This document shows positions 1 to 12,667 of a stretch of DNA of 64,000 nt, in pieces. The DNA lies in contig NIVC01001965.1 in assembly GCA_002269645.1 (NCBI GenBank), positions 94,254 through 158,253 of the forward strand, written 5' to 3'. The translations under genes and the position numbers were made by a program. Origin of the DNA: Macrostomum lignano (Eukaryota). Every line of letters begins with the position of its first letter. Position 1 is the first letter of the stretch. A model generated the notes under the pieces. It was not told the DNA's origin. It saw nothing but the letters and a program-made list of their open reading frames with translations, and made no database searches.

Positions 1-410
1 TGGGACGGCGTGCAGCGCCGGCTGCGGCTGTGAGGCGGCGGCGGCGGTGGCGGCGGCGCAGGCGGTGGAGGCGCCTGCCGTCGGCACAGAGGAATGCAGC
101 GCTGCCAGCGGCGAAGTAGTCGGAGGCGGCGCTGCGGATGCCGATTCGGACGCCGCCGATGTTGATACGCCGACGAGATTGAAGCCGTTGCCATGTGAGC
201 CGCGGCAGCTGCGGCTGGTGATGAGGATGGTGATGATGGTAGTCCCAGCTCATAGTAGTGGTTGCTGCTACTAGAAGACTCGGTCCGCAGTCCGTCAACG
301 GCCGCGGCCTCGGCTGTTGGGACCAAATGGCGGGCATTGTTGGCGGCCAGTTGCCAACTGGAAAGTATTCGGATTGATAATAAGATTCTGGAGCCTTCTA
401 GTCTAGGTTG
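1..410 (-). CDS. Possible exon of a low-complexity (Ala/Pro/Ser/His-rich) protein continuing off the left edge
   Basis: GC-rich open frames on the minus strand. Candidate 66-bp intron 411-476 (donor GTATGC, acceptor CTACAG). CCAAT-like and TATA-like motifs at ~515-570. Frame and product are not resolved. Confidence 0.3.
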
Positions 411-3400
411 CTGTAGATGGAAGTTCAGAAAAAATATATCAAATCAAATTTAAAAGCAAATCGAACAGCCGCATACCTTGGGAGAATTGCTGTTTAAATA
501 AAAAAGAGTTTTTATTTATAAGATTTTCTCAGTGGGGTCGGGGACGGCGCGCCTGATTGGCGCCGCCAATGGGGGCTGGGGAAGCTGAACTCGGGGCCAA
601 TTATAACAGCTGCTTTGCGGTGTTGGCCATATATGGGAGTTTTTATGCGCAAAATGCTTAACTCACTACTAAAAATCCATTTACTGTATTCAGTAATAAG
701 CAAGACAAAGGAAATATCCTATATCTTGTAAATTATATCATAGAATGCCTCCCTAAAATGCACATTTTCAATAAGGTAAGATTAGCCCATGCCCACTGAC
801 TATAATATTTTTGTTATACTTTGGTACTTCTAGCAAATTTTATGCCAATTTAGCAAAGCAGACAAGCTTTTCTATGGAATTTGATCTTTAGTTTAAATAG
901 GGAACAGTTGACCCCCTGACTTCCTCAGATGGCTCATCCAATATACAATAGTTACAGAATGATCTCAGATGACCCCCTCCCCAATTTCTTTTATTCTTAA
1001 ATCTTGATTCCTTTAGAAGTAATAGATATTTTATAGTATAGACTCCTAGTCTCTGTCAAAAGCACTCTTCTCTTCTTAATTAACCTCTAGCCAAAATAGC
1101 AATAGTCATTTTTATATCTACTATCCTATATTTAGGATTCAGACACTCAGTTTAAAAAAAAAAATTGTTTAAACATTCAAAGCCTAAAAAAATGTGTTTT
1201 CAGTAAATTATATATTTGGCTTTTTATTAGGTCCAAACCAAAAGAGTCATAAAGAGATATAACAATAAATTTTTAGTTTTAAATATTGTCAAGTTGTTGT
1301 TTTCAAAAGAAAAATTATTGTTCATTATTTTTTGGAAACTATTTTGCATACAATAGTATTTCTTAGTATTCAACAGTGTGCAAGTCAAAATGGGATATAA
1401 TATTGATATATATATAGTTATGGTCTAGGGTCAAGGACTATTCAATTCTTGAGAATTGACTAGTCCCTGTCTAGGGTATGCACTTATGCAATTGCAAGAT
1501 ATGTAATAAATGTTTAACTTTAATCTTGACTTATGGCTACTTATCTTAATAATTTTAATTTGGTTGCTTACTTAACTTTTATTATTTCTTTTTTAGTTAT
1601 TAACTAATATAATATGACTAAACTTGACTTGAAAAAAATAATTTTAGCTTAAAAAACAGTTCAAATAAAGAAAATGCAGTTTTTGCACCTAGCTAAATAT
1701 TTATACTAAATATTTATAACAGAAATATATGTTCTAAATGCATTTAATTAAAAATAATTAATGATTTAAATTTTATTACTCATAATTTATAAATTAGTGA
1801 GGCTTTTCATATTGCTTGTTCTGGTTCTAGAACCAAAACCAATTTGTAAAGTATAACTTTCTGTCTCTTTAACTAGAGGGATATGCTTGCTATAAACTTT
1901 TAATTATTGAATGAAAATCGCCAAGAAGAAAGTGAAAAATTGTGCAAAGTGACGCTGTTAAGGCAGTCAAATATTACAGGTTAAATAGTTATACTGCTGT
2001 TTTTCTTGAAAGATCCGAACCGATTTGGGTTCTGGAATTAGTAATGTGAAGAGGCTTAGTGAATTTTAATAATGTGAATGTTTGATAAATGTTTTTAAGA
2101 ATTAATGCTAAATGTTTTCAAACATTAATTTAAAAGTATCAAATTTATGCGTTTTCATTAAGAGTGCAATAAATGTTTAAAAATTAAAATATTTTTCTAT
2201 TAAATAATTTGATAAACATTTCATGATTTAATATGATTCTGTACAAATGTACATGTAATGCAAATGTAAATGTACATAAATGTACAAAAATCGTTTTCAT
2301 GATGTTGCAAGTTTTTTTTAAGAGCAGCATTTATTAATTTGGAAGGTTACTGAAAACAAAGCATCAAAACCCAAATTTTTTTTTCGTAAAGAACTACAAA
2401 GTACAAAGTTCAAAGTAAGTATCATGACTTCATAAAAATATCCGATCTTTTATTTACTTTGCAACGTTTTCTTAGTTTTTTCCTCTTTTAAAAAGTTACC
2501 GATTTTATATACTAAAACAAAACAACAGTGCGCACTGCAAGTTACAAAAGCTTTTATAGTTCAGTAAAGCAAAAAATACAGTTTTGTACAAAGATAAAAA
2601 GGAAATACAAGTAACAATAGCACCTTTAACACTAGAAAAATAGTGATCAAATTCAATCAGAGATCTTATTTAAAATTATTGTTTAATGTGATCATTATTA
2701 TTCCGCACGGGCCACATTTTATATATAGATGGGTTCAGTTTTTAAAGCATATTTTAGTACATTGAAATAAAGCCTAACAGTTTTTCTCAGTCTTTTTAGA
2801 TGTTCATCATCCAGCATGTCAGCAATCCTCGGCTCTATGCTAAAATAAATAATTTTATTAATTTTATAATAATTTTTATAATAAATAATTTTTTTTAAAA
2901 ATAAATATAGCTCTATGCTATATTATACCATTAAGCCTAATTGCACTATTGGAATATCACTGCCAAAAAGTGAAGTATGCAGCGCAGTGGTGACTATGTG
3001 GAGAAGCCTCACAACAATGTTGATGATTAACTTTTGACTGTTATTTCCTCAGCTTTCATGTTGTGGATGTTTTGTTGAATCGTTAAATGTTTCATTGTTT
3101 CATGCATTAGGTACGAAGCTTTGGTCTATGGCAATTTGTAAAAGTAACATAGGGGGTAGGGCAGAAAAGTGCTCATATTTCAAGAATGCCAGCAGATACA
3201 GAAATAAGCAGAAAGTCATTTTAATGGGCAGATAATTCTCTTTTCAACTGTAAACGACTTAATATTTCTGATCAGTCAGAAAAGGCTATAGTGAAGAAAG
3301 TGTACCGACTTTTGGGACCCCTCGTCCCAAATTTAATTGTAAATGTTCCTTTAAATTATTTTGCATTTTTATAATGTTTTGAACTTTTCAATTTGGGCTG

Positions 3401-4596
3401 TTTGCCAATCGACAAGTAGTAGACAAATAATATAGTATCCTATGATATAATCCCTAGTGTTTCAAAAAAAATCTAGCCTTAGAGGTAAGGCTAGGTTATT
3501 ATTATAAAATAAAAGAGTGCTTCAATTTTGGCTAAGTTAATAAATAAATATGGCAAAGTAAAAATCTCCCAAAAATCATATTTATTTTTTAGATACCAAT
3601 AGCAAATGCATTGCCTTACCTAGGGTTGTTAATAACAATTTAGTGGCTTTTACTTTACCCTATTGTAGCAAATGGCCATTTTTAGAAAGGTATGTAGTAT
3701 AGATTCACTTGGTAATAGTTTTGTATGTAGCAATAAGCATCAGGATATATGCATGCAAAGGATATAAGAGCACATGAGAAGAGGTGGATACAAGAATATA
3801 CTCATTTGCAAAGATGGAAGTGCAAAGGTATATATAGAAAAGATCAATATTTAGCATAAGAAGAAGTATCTAGGTCTACTAGTAATGCAATTTAAAGTGG
3901 TATATACATAGCTAAAATAATATTATAATAGGCCCAAAAGATAATAATTAAGAAAAGAAGATAGCATGTTGTAAAAATAATTGGCTATGCACTATATCAT
4001 AATATTAATAGAACTTACTAGCAATCTACGCCCCCCCCCGTTGGGGAGCTAGCAGGGACTAGGAACAACAGGCCCAGGCGCCTGGCCGCGCCATGGAGTC
4101 ACCCTTGCCAGTTGCGCTCATGCCGTCACTCAGTGGGACGCTGCGCGCTGCGCTGACCTCTGCAAGTCCCTGCTATGATGAACTTTGCTGCCACAGCCGA
4201 AGCGCAGCCATCCAAGCCAACCAAGGTCATCCGTGGCCTGGTAATCTGGCCGCGATGCCAGGTGTTAGCACTATTTGCACAGGTGTGCAAATAAAGTGGC
4301 TCCATACTGTAAATAATAAAAGCAAATCTTAAGTAATTTTTAATGCCAGTATATATCTATACTATAAAGCTTAGATGGAAGCTATTGAATGACATTGTAT
4401 GGTTGAATCCAAAAAATGATACAGAAGTAGTATACCGTAATTTTTTAGTGCAATATATTGTTCTTCTTAGTTGTTTTAGGAAGCAAACATACTAGGAAAG
4501 CAACATACAAAGTCTTATGCACAAGATAAGTATATCCCCAGAAATAAATGCACTTTTTTATTTTGAGAGTGTCCATAAGTAGACACAAGGTGTTGG

Positions 4597-6180
4597 TAAG
4601 TGGACAGAAGGCGTCGGTAAGTAGACAGAAGGCGTCGGTAAGTGGACAAAAGGCATCAGTAAGTGGACAAGAAGCGCTGGTGAGTGGACAAGAAGCGCCA
4701 GTGAGTGGACATTGATTACTTATTACCATAGACACACTGCATTTGACAATGCTAAGAGTTAATTATGATTTAGATGTGACATGTATTTGTTTTTTCATTA
4801 AGAAAAAACAAAATGGCAAACTGAAAAGTGTAAAAAGTAATGAATGCTGTACAGTATCTAGTTTATTTTCAATGCAAAAAATTTGTACATATAAAGGCAA
4901 ACATAATAAACTTTTTTGAAAAAAGGCTTTTAATTCACCAGCGTTGGTACAAGTGTAGGCAATACACAATTGCATGCACTTCAATTTGTGGACTTTGCAT
5001 CTCCAGTACTGGCAGCTGAAGTTGAAGCACTTTCACTATTAGTAGCTGGACTAGAGATAGTGCTTACAGGATCAGAATGAACTGATCTAGGACTAGAATT
5101 AGCATTCACAATGCTAGTTGAATTGAGATTATCAGCATCATCCAAATTGTCAGTTGACAAACTTGCTATAATCAATGGTGCTGGATTAGTAGCAGCTTTT
5201 TTGGCTGCTCTTTCGGTTCGTTTTCGTAGCCAATCTTTCTTTTGATGATGACGTTTTTCTCTGGCAGACATGTTTGTCTTCTTTCTTTCACTATATTGCT
5301 TAGTTGCAGCTGCCTTTCTAGCATTAAAGGCAATAGGGTTCTCTGCCTTTTGCTTTTCAACATAGCATTTATCTTGAGCTTTTTTGAGTTCGCGATTAAC
5401 CATAGTAGCACAGGTTTAAGACTTGAAGTCTGCAATAAAAAAAGAAACAATATGTTTAAAATAAAATATCGTTAATTAGCTAACATATTTAATTGACATT
5501 TCAAAACTCTTGAAGCATACTAAAGCTCTTAATATAATTTTACTTTGAATATACATTAGTTTGTGGCTATTAATATTAAAATTTATAAGCATGTTAATAC
5601 AAATATTCTAAAAATAATATACTATAAAATATTAATAATAAATTTAAATCTTAAAATGATTTTGAGCCTAACAATAGACAAAACAAATAATTAAAAGCAA
5701 TAAAGTGCCTATTTTATATTTTAGAGAGTCACTAAAGATTCATTTGGTTTTCTGATCTTTAGAGCTGAAAAGCTTCATGTATTTTCAAAAAGAATAGATA
5801 CTTGATGATTTAAAATTATTTAAAGATACATTAAAATAGTTAAAATACCTTATAAGTCAATTTATTAGCTTGCAAAGCTAATTAATTCACTCATTTATGC
5901 TCTTTGTCCACTCACCAACGTTACTTGTCCACTTACCGACGTCACTTGTCCACTATCGATGCCATTGGTAAGTGGACATTTTGTGCTATTAGAGTATAAC
6001 TCAAAAAATGTTTTTGCAATGTACAGACACGAACAACTTTATCAATGTCTAAGAGATTACATGACAATATGAGTACAAAAGAAATGTTAAAATATATAAT
6101 AATGCAAATACAACCAACTTACCAAAATTAAATTCAAGGCATCAATCAGTGGACAATATAGGCATCGATAAATGGACAAT
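4597..6180. mobile_element. Probable degenerate DNA transposon segment: ORF flanked by inverted arrays of AGTGGACA subterminal-like repeats
   Basis: About 6 spaced AGT(G/A)GACA copies at 4597-4714 and TGTCCACT copies at 5904-5955, with more copies at ~5970 and 6149-6180. No TIR or TSD identified. Confidence 0.4.
4981..5403 (-). CDS. 140-aa basic then Ser-rich ORF, possibly transposon-associated
   Basis: True ATG at 5403. Helical Lys/Arg-rich N-half (MSAREKRHHQKKDWLRKR) followed by a Ser/Thr/Asn-rich tail. It resembles accessory ORFs of invertebrate DNA transposons by recollection only. Confidence 0.35.
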   Translation of the reverse strand: MVNRELKKAQDKCYVEKQKAENPIAFNARKAAATKQYSERKKTNMSAREKRHHQKKDWLRKRTERAAKKAATNPAPLIIASLSTDNLDDADNLNSTSIVNANSSPRSVHSDPVSTISSPATNSESASTSAASTGDAKSTN

Positions 6181-6984
6181 GAAATTGGGAGACACACATT
6201 TTTCTTGAAAATCAATATGGCTGACACGTTTTAAATATTATTAAGTAGTAAAACAACTTTACTTGAATAAAAGGAAAAAAATGACACCAAAATAGAGTAT
6301 CCCCATTAAGTACTAGTAAAATTATAGTTATTTAAAAGGAAGGTGCTTCAAAAAAGACATTCGTTTTGTTGAATTTTTCCGAACTTTTTTACAAAATAAA
6401 CCTTTGCGTTTCATCTTACCAATCTATTTTATGATGTTTTACATAGAAATTAGTTATCTAATCATCTTTTTATTGTAATGATGCTGCAACAATTCTCTGT
6501 TTGCTGAAAATTTTAGCAAGACACAAAAAATTTTCTGTATTCATTTTTGGATTCACCCTTATATGCTTTTGAAAAATGATATGAACAAAATGGATAGATC
6601 AATGACAAAGTTTATTAAGCTTCTTATAATGCTTACTAATAGACTAAAATTGTCATTATTATTGTATTATATTTGGGTTTTTCCTATAAAAGCATATCTT
6701 TATCCAAATATAAATATATACGAGTAAACATAGACTATTGACAAAAAAGTTATAATATGAGTGTATCATCCACTAAAGATACTTTAGGGGAAGGGTATTT
6801 ATTTTTCAATCAAAATGTTATGATTTTATATCTCTACTAGAATTTTGTGTCCCCTATTGAAGCAAATCTAAAGAGCACTAATTGCCTTATTTGACAGGTG
6901 TATAAGCATGCAGGCAAACTTTTATCTTAGGCATGTAGCTATATAGGATCATAGGAATACAGTTTCATTACAAACCTAAGCTTT

Positions 6985-8031
6985 CCCGTTGGATTTTGAG
7001 TTTTTAAAGTAGGCATGAAAGGTGAAGAGTTTTGCACCTTCTGCCTGACTTTCGCCTCTCTTATGCCTATTTTGTGCCACTTGTGCACCTTTTGTTCACC
7101 TGAGTGCCTCTGCAGGGTCAGAAGGTGAATTTAAGGCACGAACTAGGCGGTAGGGGCACAGGTGTCGTAGGGGATTTAGGTGCATAAAAAGTGTACAGTG
7201 TGCACTGGAGGCACGAAAGGTGAATAAAAGGTGCACAGTGGGCACTTTAAGCGTAGAGGCAATGCAAGGGGCGTTAAAGTTTCAACTGGCGAAGTTCTTT
7301 GCTACCTTTTCTCACTATTCGAAATTTTTCCTCACTAATGCAAGCCTTTTCATCACTTTTCGGAACTTTTCCTGAGTATTTGAAAGTCATTAAAACTTAT
7401 CAGTATAGGACATGTTTAGTTTCGTGGTTTGTCAGGATCAGGAAGGGGATAGCAGCGATTAGTAAAGGTGTAAATAAATCTATGTTCAATCGGTGCGTGC
7501 AATATACGAGTATGTAACTCTCAGTTAATTTTTTGTTACGAATTCTTAATGCGTTAATTCGTGCATAGGCATAAAAGGTGAGCGAGGTGCACAGAAGAGG
7601 CACTTTAGGGGTATATTTCGAGCATGTTTTGGAAATGCACCTGTATACATATTTACGCCGCACATGTACACCTTATACACCTCTTATTCACCTTTCGTGC
7701 ACTTTCTGCGCCCCTTCAGCACCTTTCCTACACCTGCTGTGCCTCACTTGTGAGCCTGCTGTTCACCTTTTGTGCACCTCCAGTGCCCCTTACGCACCTT
7801 TACTGCCCCTACCGCCGCAACCAATCAAAATTGAGAATTCACCTACTGCCTGACCACTTCACCGATTTTACACCTTTCATGCCTCTTTTCAAAAATATTG
7901 GTGACATTTAGGCATAAAAGGTGCACTCAGGTGCATTTCCAAAACATGCACGAAATGGGCCACTAAGGTGCCTCTTTTGTGCACCTCGCTCACCTTTTAT
8001 GCCTCTGCAGGTGCATAACTTTTCCAACGGG
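6985..8031. mobile_element. Foldback/MITE-like element with nested inverted repeats
   Basis: Terminal CCCGTTGGA (6985-6993) and TCCAACGGG (8023-8031), both flanked by TTT. ~80-bp inverted repeat 7562-7643 vs 7930-8011, plus several shorter inverted matches between 7010-7250 and 7675-7885. Confidence 0.6.
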
Positions 8032-8341
8032 TTTATTCAGTTTTTGTTACTCCTTGAGTGGTCAAGAACAGGTTTTTATACAATTTGAATTTTAATGAAT
8101 TTTCAAGTTGAGAAGTTTTAGGCATGTTTAAGCAGAAAGGCACATCAATTGATTTCCTTTTCTAAGAAATGCTATCTGCATAGACCAACATTTGCTTCAA
8201 TAGTGTTTTGTATTTAGCATTGGTTATTAATTGTTTTTTGTTTTCTGTATTCATGATTGTATTATAGCATTCAGCAATCGAACATTTGAAAGCACTAATA
8301 AGAATTCAAGCAGCATTGGCGGTTAATCTGTCAGCTGCACA

Positions 8342-11300
8342 ATGGAACTGCGACAAAAGGCTGCCCTAATGGCACTGAAGGGTGCGCTGGTTCGAGATGT
8401 CAATTTTCACGACATCGAAGATTCTCTGTTAAGCTTTGGTCTCATTTCCCCTGAGGAGAAGCAGATAATTAACAGAGCTGGAAGTACAGATAGACAGACT
8501 AGCACATTGGTGGATATTCTTGTGGACAAAAATGATGTGAGAACATTCGACTGTCTCATTTCAAGTCTAGAACCTACTTATGATTTTCTGTCCAAGGAGT
8601 TGGCTAATTTCCGTGAAAATCCGCAAATTTATCTGACTAAGTCAACTAAAGATTACGAAGGCGTCTTCATCGAAGGTGGTATTCCTATCACTCCAGTGGG
8701 TAACATTGAGCTTAAGTACGTGGCAGAACTCAAGGAAAGCTTGGTAAAGCTATCGGTCCGCTCTGATGGGGGCTGGATTCTCGTGAAAGGCCACGGTGGT
8801 GCTGGAAAGTCGGTAGTTGTTTCTCAAGCAATAAGAGGCAAGGCCTCTGACGGAAGTCCAATTGCCTCCTATTTTTTCAATCGAGTATTTTGGTTCACAA
8901 TAGGCAACCTGCGCACCGACGAATTGGAGTCGATGCTCCTGGCTAAGATGCAGAACATTTGCATCCGATTGGATCCTAAGCTGCGTGCGTCGCCTCCAAC
9001 AAGCCTTGATGATGCAAAAAATTTGTTTCGCAAAACCATGCTAGAAAAGTACCCGTGCGGGCTTATCGTTCTAGATGACGTTTGGGAGCCAAAAATTTTG
9101 CGCTATTTCAATGTTCAAGCAAGGATCGTTGTTACATCAAGAAAGGCCGATATTTTCAGCAAAATTCAGCCTGGAGATGCGCAGCGATGCATGAAAATCT
9201 CCGTTGATGAAGGTTTACCCGAAGAATTGACTTCTAAGCTTCTTACTGAGATTATCAACAGCGAAGTTTCACCTGGTCAAGTCTCTGATTCGTTCAACGA
9301 TGAAGACATGGAGCGTGTTCGAAGGCTTCATTCCAAGTGCAAAGGAAATCCTTTTATTGTTTCCATCTTCGGTGGCCTTCTTCGTGGCCGACTCTCTCAA
9401 TTCGAGAGATATTTGAAAAAGTTTAAAACTGATCTTTTTAAGAAAGTCGACTTAGAGCTGGGTGATTATGAGTATGGAAGCATCATAGATGCCATTCTAG
9501 TTAGTATTGACGATCTAGATGAAGAGCAAAAGGAACGGTATCTTCACTTGTCTATTTTTCCTGAGGACACTTTTTTATCTGCGCAATTTCTGTCAAAATA
9601 TTGTTGGCGAAACGAAGATGGCAACCCACTACCTGTGGATGACTCTTTAGATGTGATGGAAGGATTTGTTCGTCGTTCTATTGCCACGATAGAGAAGTAC
9701 CGGCCGGATGAAGAGCTCCTTACTCTTCATGACTTAATTGTGAGTGCCATGAAAAGTGAGTACAAAGAAAAACGAACGAGCTTCAACAATCAGTTTGTTG
9801 AAAGAGTGCTCAGCCATCGGGCAACGGTGGGTAGTTGGATGGATGTTGACAGCAACGATCAAATGCACTATTTGGCCTACAATTTTGTCTACCACTTAGT
9901 CTTTTCTGACGCAGTTCCGCTAGACAGAAAGTTAAGTATCCTGCGTGACTTCGACTTTATTTCGTGGCTTTGCTGTCGGATTGGTGCCGAGAACCTGACG
10001 TTTGTTTACCAGTATTCCATTAAGATCCTTACGATTGACGAGTCAGCAAGGAAAAGCTTGACAGACTTCGTCGAATTTTTCCGATCGCCGATTCTTCGCA
10101 TTCAGGCAACCAATTTGGCTACTAGGCGATCTGACTCGGCCGTGATTCAACTGGCTCTCACTCTACCAGAAGAGAACTCTGTTCGCGAGTGTGCCGTGGA
10201 GGCTGCTAAAAAGCATAGACAGTTTTTCTGCTTTTACTATTGGCTTAATGTCGACCAGACGGAAGAACAGATCCACAATACATTCAAAGTTGACAGCGAT
10301 GTTTCTACATTCGCTCTAGATCGTGATTGTAAGCACGCTGTTGTTGCAAGCGAATCATCTGCAGTTATTTTAGACCTAAAAACGGGCTTACGCAACTTCC
10401 GTGTCCGCAAAGAGGACATGGCCTGCAGCAGTGCTCGAGGCGATGCACAGGACAGCATTCAAATTGTTTCTGCTCTCTTCAGTCCTGACAATCAATCACT
10501 GTTAGTCCTGACTGAATTCGCGCTGTTTCGCTTCAAACTACCTCCTAGTGCTTTTGAAGTAGGTGTTCGACCTTCCCCAGCTGCGCCTTTACCTTCTGAA
10601 AAGGGGAGCTTGCATTTTCCTCAAGGCAGGCCCAGATCTGGCACAACTGGAAAATCTCCGCTAGAACTCACTCCAAACGAACCGGTCTACAATGAGGAGG
10701 AGAAAGAGAATTCTTTTTTTACTGCCATGTGCTTTGAGTCGGACGCCAAGCTTCTGGTTGGAAGCAGTGATGGAAATATCAAGGTGTTTACCTTGGCTGA
10801 TCAAGTGACCAACCTAAGCTCCGAATTCGACATAGATCAGAATATTCCAGCAGGCGCACAGTCCCAGATCAACCACATTGCAGCTTCACAATCAATGTAT
10901 TCAACTTCAATTGCCGTCTCTGGTCCAAATGACTGTGTTTACGTCTACAAAAGTCGTTTTGACATTAAGAAGTACTCGGGACACGCTAAGAATTCGAATC
11001 CCATTCGCTGCGCTTTTGAGCCACGTCCTGAGCCGCGATTTGCCGCATCGATTGCAAATAACGAAATTCATCTTTGGCACCCGAAGACTCAACAAAGGTT
11101 AGTCCGTGAATTTGGACCAAAGAGCACATCCTTTACGAGCATTGCAATCAGCAGTGAAGGTGTTTACATAGCTGTTGGCACTAGCACACGAGCGCACATT
11201 TATCTCTACAGGGTAGAGAATCTGACTGAGTCATCCTGCAGGCTGCAGCTAGTGGACGAGTTGAATGGCTCAGGTAGCTATACTAAGTGTCTGGCTTTTC

Positions 11301-12667
11301 AAACTTCGGAAAAGTCATTCTTATATTCAATGTCCGAGATGTCAACCGAAGGTGTTCTTACTTGCTGGCGCACCAGTCTCAGTACCACACCTTTTAACGC
11401 CGATTATCAGCGTAGTAGCTCTATTTTTTTCGGACCGGAAAATGCTACTCTTCGACTGCGAACTGTGATTGATGCTGTCAATGTCAATGGCGAGATTGTT
11501 GTCGCTTGCCAATCAGTCCGAAGATCTCTGCTTATTCTTAAGTCAAGCGGCAATCACTTGCAAAATGACGAAAGCGGCAAGCTAAGTGGAAAAGAACACC
11601 CATTTTCAAAGGCCGCTGCTATTCGTATTGCTCCTACTGGAAACTACGCCGTCTTTACTTTCTCCAATGAAGTTGTTATCGCAAAAAGATTCAACGATGT
11701 CTGGACATTCGATTTCAAACCCATCAATGTTGAAATTGTTGACATTGTCTTTCTGCCCAACTGTCAAGGTTTCATCGGATCGAACAGAAGCAACAAGCTT
11801 GTTGAGTTTCACGATTCTTTGTGCGTCAAACAAGTAGATTTGTCTCATAAGCAACTCTATTCTATTGATTCAGTTCAGCCGCTTGCCAATCCCGCCGCTC
11901 TATTGTTGTTTGATCGTGGCTGGAACTACTTATTGCCCGATTCTCTGTGCGTCAATGAGAATTTCGGAGGCTCTATTGGCGATCAACTTCAAGAAAGCCT
12001 ACTGTGCTGCAACTTTTGTCCCGCTCTTAGTGGTTTCGTTGCCGGCGGAACAGACCTTGGAAGTTTGATTCTGTGGGAGGTGGCAGCTGATAATACGGCT
12101 AGCATTGTGGCAACGCGCAGCCGAATAGAGGATGAATCCCGCAATTGTCCATTGCGCTGCTTACAGTTTTCGCATCAAATTATCCAGGACTGTTACCTGT
12201 TGGCTGCCGCCTTTGACGACAATCGGTTTTCATTGTGGGCCCTACGAGATGGCCATCTGATCGATTTGGTAAATTGTCAGCCTGTGCAAATCGGCCTCCC
12301 ACAGCAGCCAAGCAATATCGGCTGCATTGCTTGGACTATGCACACAGATGAGGATGGGACGCGTCACCACAAGCTAATCATAGCGTCAGACTGTGTGCAC
12401 GTGTGCTGCCTGCCCGAGCAGGAAATCCTCGGCGCGGCGAGATCAGCGCAGCAGACACCAGACTTGAAGCTTGGTACGGTGTCCTTGTACTCGCGTCAGA
12501 GTGTCAGCAAAGTTCACGTGCTCAACAATGGCCAAGATCTGCTGTTTGTTGATAATTCTCACACCGTATTTTGGATGCGCACTTTGCACTCGGAAGATGG
12601 AGCTGGACCGGCTAGACAGGAGTGTTCTGTGCCATTGATTCCCTTCGGCGAATCCCAAGAATTGTGA
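8342..12667 (+). CDS. APAF1: Apaf-1-like apoptosome protein (CARD, NB-ARC, WD40-like repeats), 1441 aa, single exon
   Basis: N-terminal CARD-like helical domain (~aa 1-92). Walker A GHGGAGKS (8789-8812), Walker B LIVLDDVW (~9062-9085), RIVVTSR sensor, KGNP motif, LHDL motif (9725-9736). Long C-terminal beta-propeller-like region. AATAAA at 12846. Confidence 0.9.
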   Translation: MELRQKAALMALKGALVRDVNFHDIEDSLLSFGLISPEEKQIINRAGSTDRQTSTLVDILVDKNDVRTFDCLISSLEPTYDFLSKELANFRENPQIYLTKSTKDYEGVFIEGGIPITPVGNIELKYVAELKESLVKLSVRSDGGWILVKGHGGAGKSVVVSQAIRGKASDGSPIASYFFNRVFWFTIGNLRTDELESMLLAKMQNICIRLDPKLRASPPTSLDDAKNLFRKTMLEKYPCGLIVLDDVWEPKILRYFNVQARIVVTSRKADIFSKIQPGDAQRCMKISVDEGLPEELTSKLLTEIINSEVSPGQVSDSFNDEDMERVRRLHSKCKGNPFIVSIFGGLLRGRLSQFERYLKKFKTDLFKKVDLELGDYEYGSIIDAILVSIDDLDEEQKERYLHLSIFPEDTFLSAQFLSKYCWRNEDGNPLPVDDSLDVMEGFVRRSIATIEKYRPDEELLTLHDLIVSAMKSEYKEKRTSFNNQFVERVLSHRATVGSWMDVDSNDQMHYLAYNFVYHLVFSDAVPLDRKLSILRDFDFISWLCCRIGAENLTFVYQYSIKILTIDESARKSLTDFVEFFRSPILRIQATNLATRRSDSAVIQLALTLPEENSVRECAVEAAKKHRQFFCFYYWLNVDQTEEQIHNTFKVDSDVSTFALDRDCKHAVVASESSAVILDLKTGLRNFRVRKEDMACSSARGDAQDSIQIVSALFSPDNQSLLVLTEFALFRFKLPPSAFEVGVRPSPAAPLPSEKGSLHFPQGRPRSGTTGKSPLELTPNEPVYNEEEKENSFFTAMCFESDAKLLVGSSDGNIKVFTLADQVTNLSSEFDIDQNIPAGAQSQINHIAASQSMYSTSIAVSGPNDCVYVYKSRFDIKKYSGHAKNSNPIRCAFEPRPEPRFAASIANNEIHLWHPKTQQRLVREFGPKSTSFTSIAISSEGVYIAVGTSTRAHIYLYRVENLTESSCRLQLVDELNGSGSYTKCLAFQTSEKSFLYSMSEMSTEGVLTCWRTSLSTTPFNADYQRSSSIFFGPENATLRLRTVIDAVNVNGEIVVACQSVRRSLLILKSSGNHLQNDESGKLSGKEHPFSKAAAIRIAPTGNYAVFTFSNEVVIAKRFNDVWTFDFKPINVEIVDIVFLPNCQGFIGSNRSNKLVEFHDSLCVKQVDLSHKQLYSIDSVQPLANPAALLLFDRGWNYLLPDSLCVNENFGGSIGDQLQESLLCCNFCPALSGFVAGGTDLGSLILWEVAADNTASIVATRSRIEDESRNCPLRCLQFSHQIIQDCYLLAAAFDDNRFSLWALRDGHLIDLVNCQPVQIGLPQQPSNIGCIAWTMHTDEDGTRHHKLIIASDCVHVCCLPEQEILGAARSAQQTPDLKLGTVSLYSRQSVSKVHVLNNGQDLLFVDNSHTVFWMRTLHSEDGAGPARQECSVPLIPFGESQEL

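Noticed and set aside
720-4000. AT-rich region with short peptide-like fragments (e.g. IEPRIADMLDDEHLKRL near 2780-2840, minus strand)
   Set aside because: Too short and fragmented to assign to a transposase or gene.
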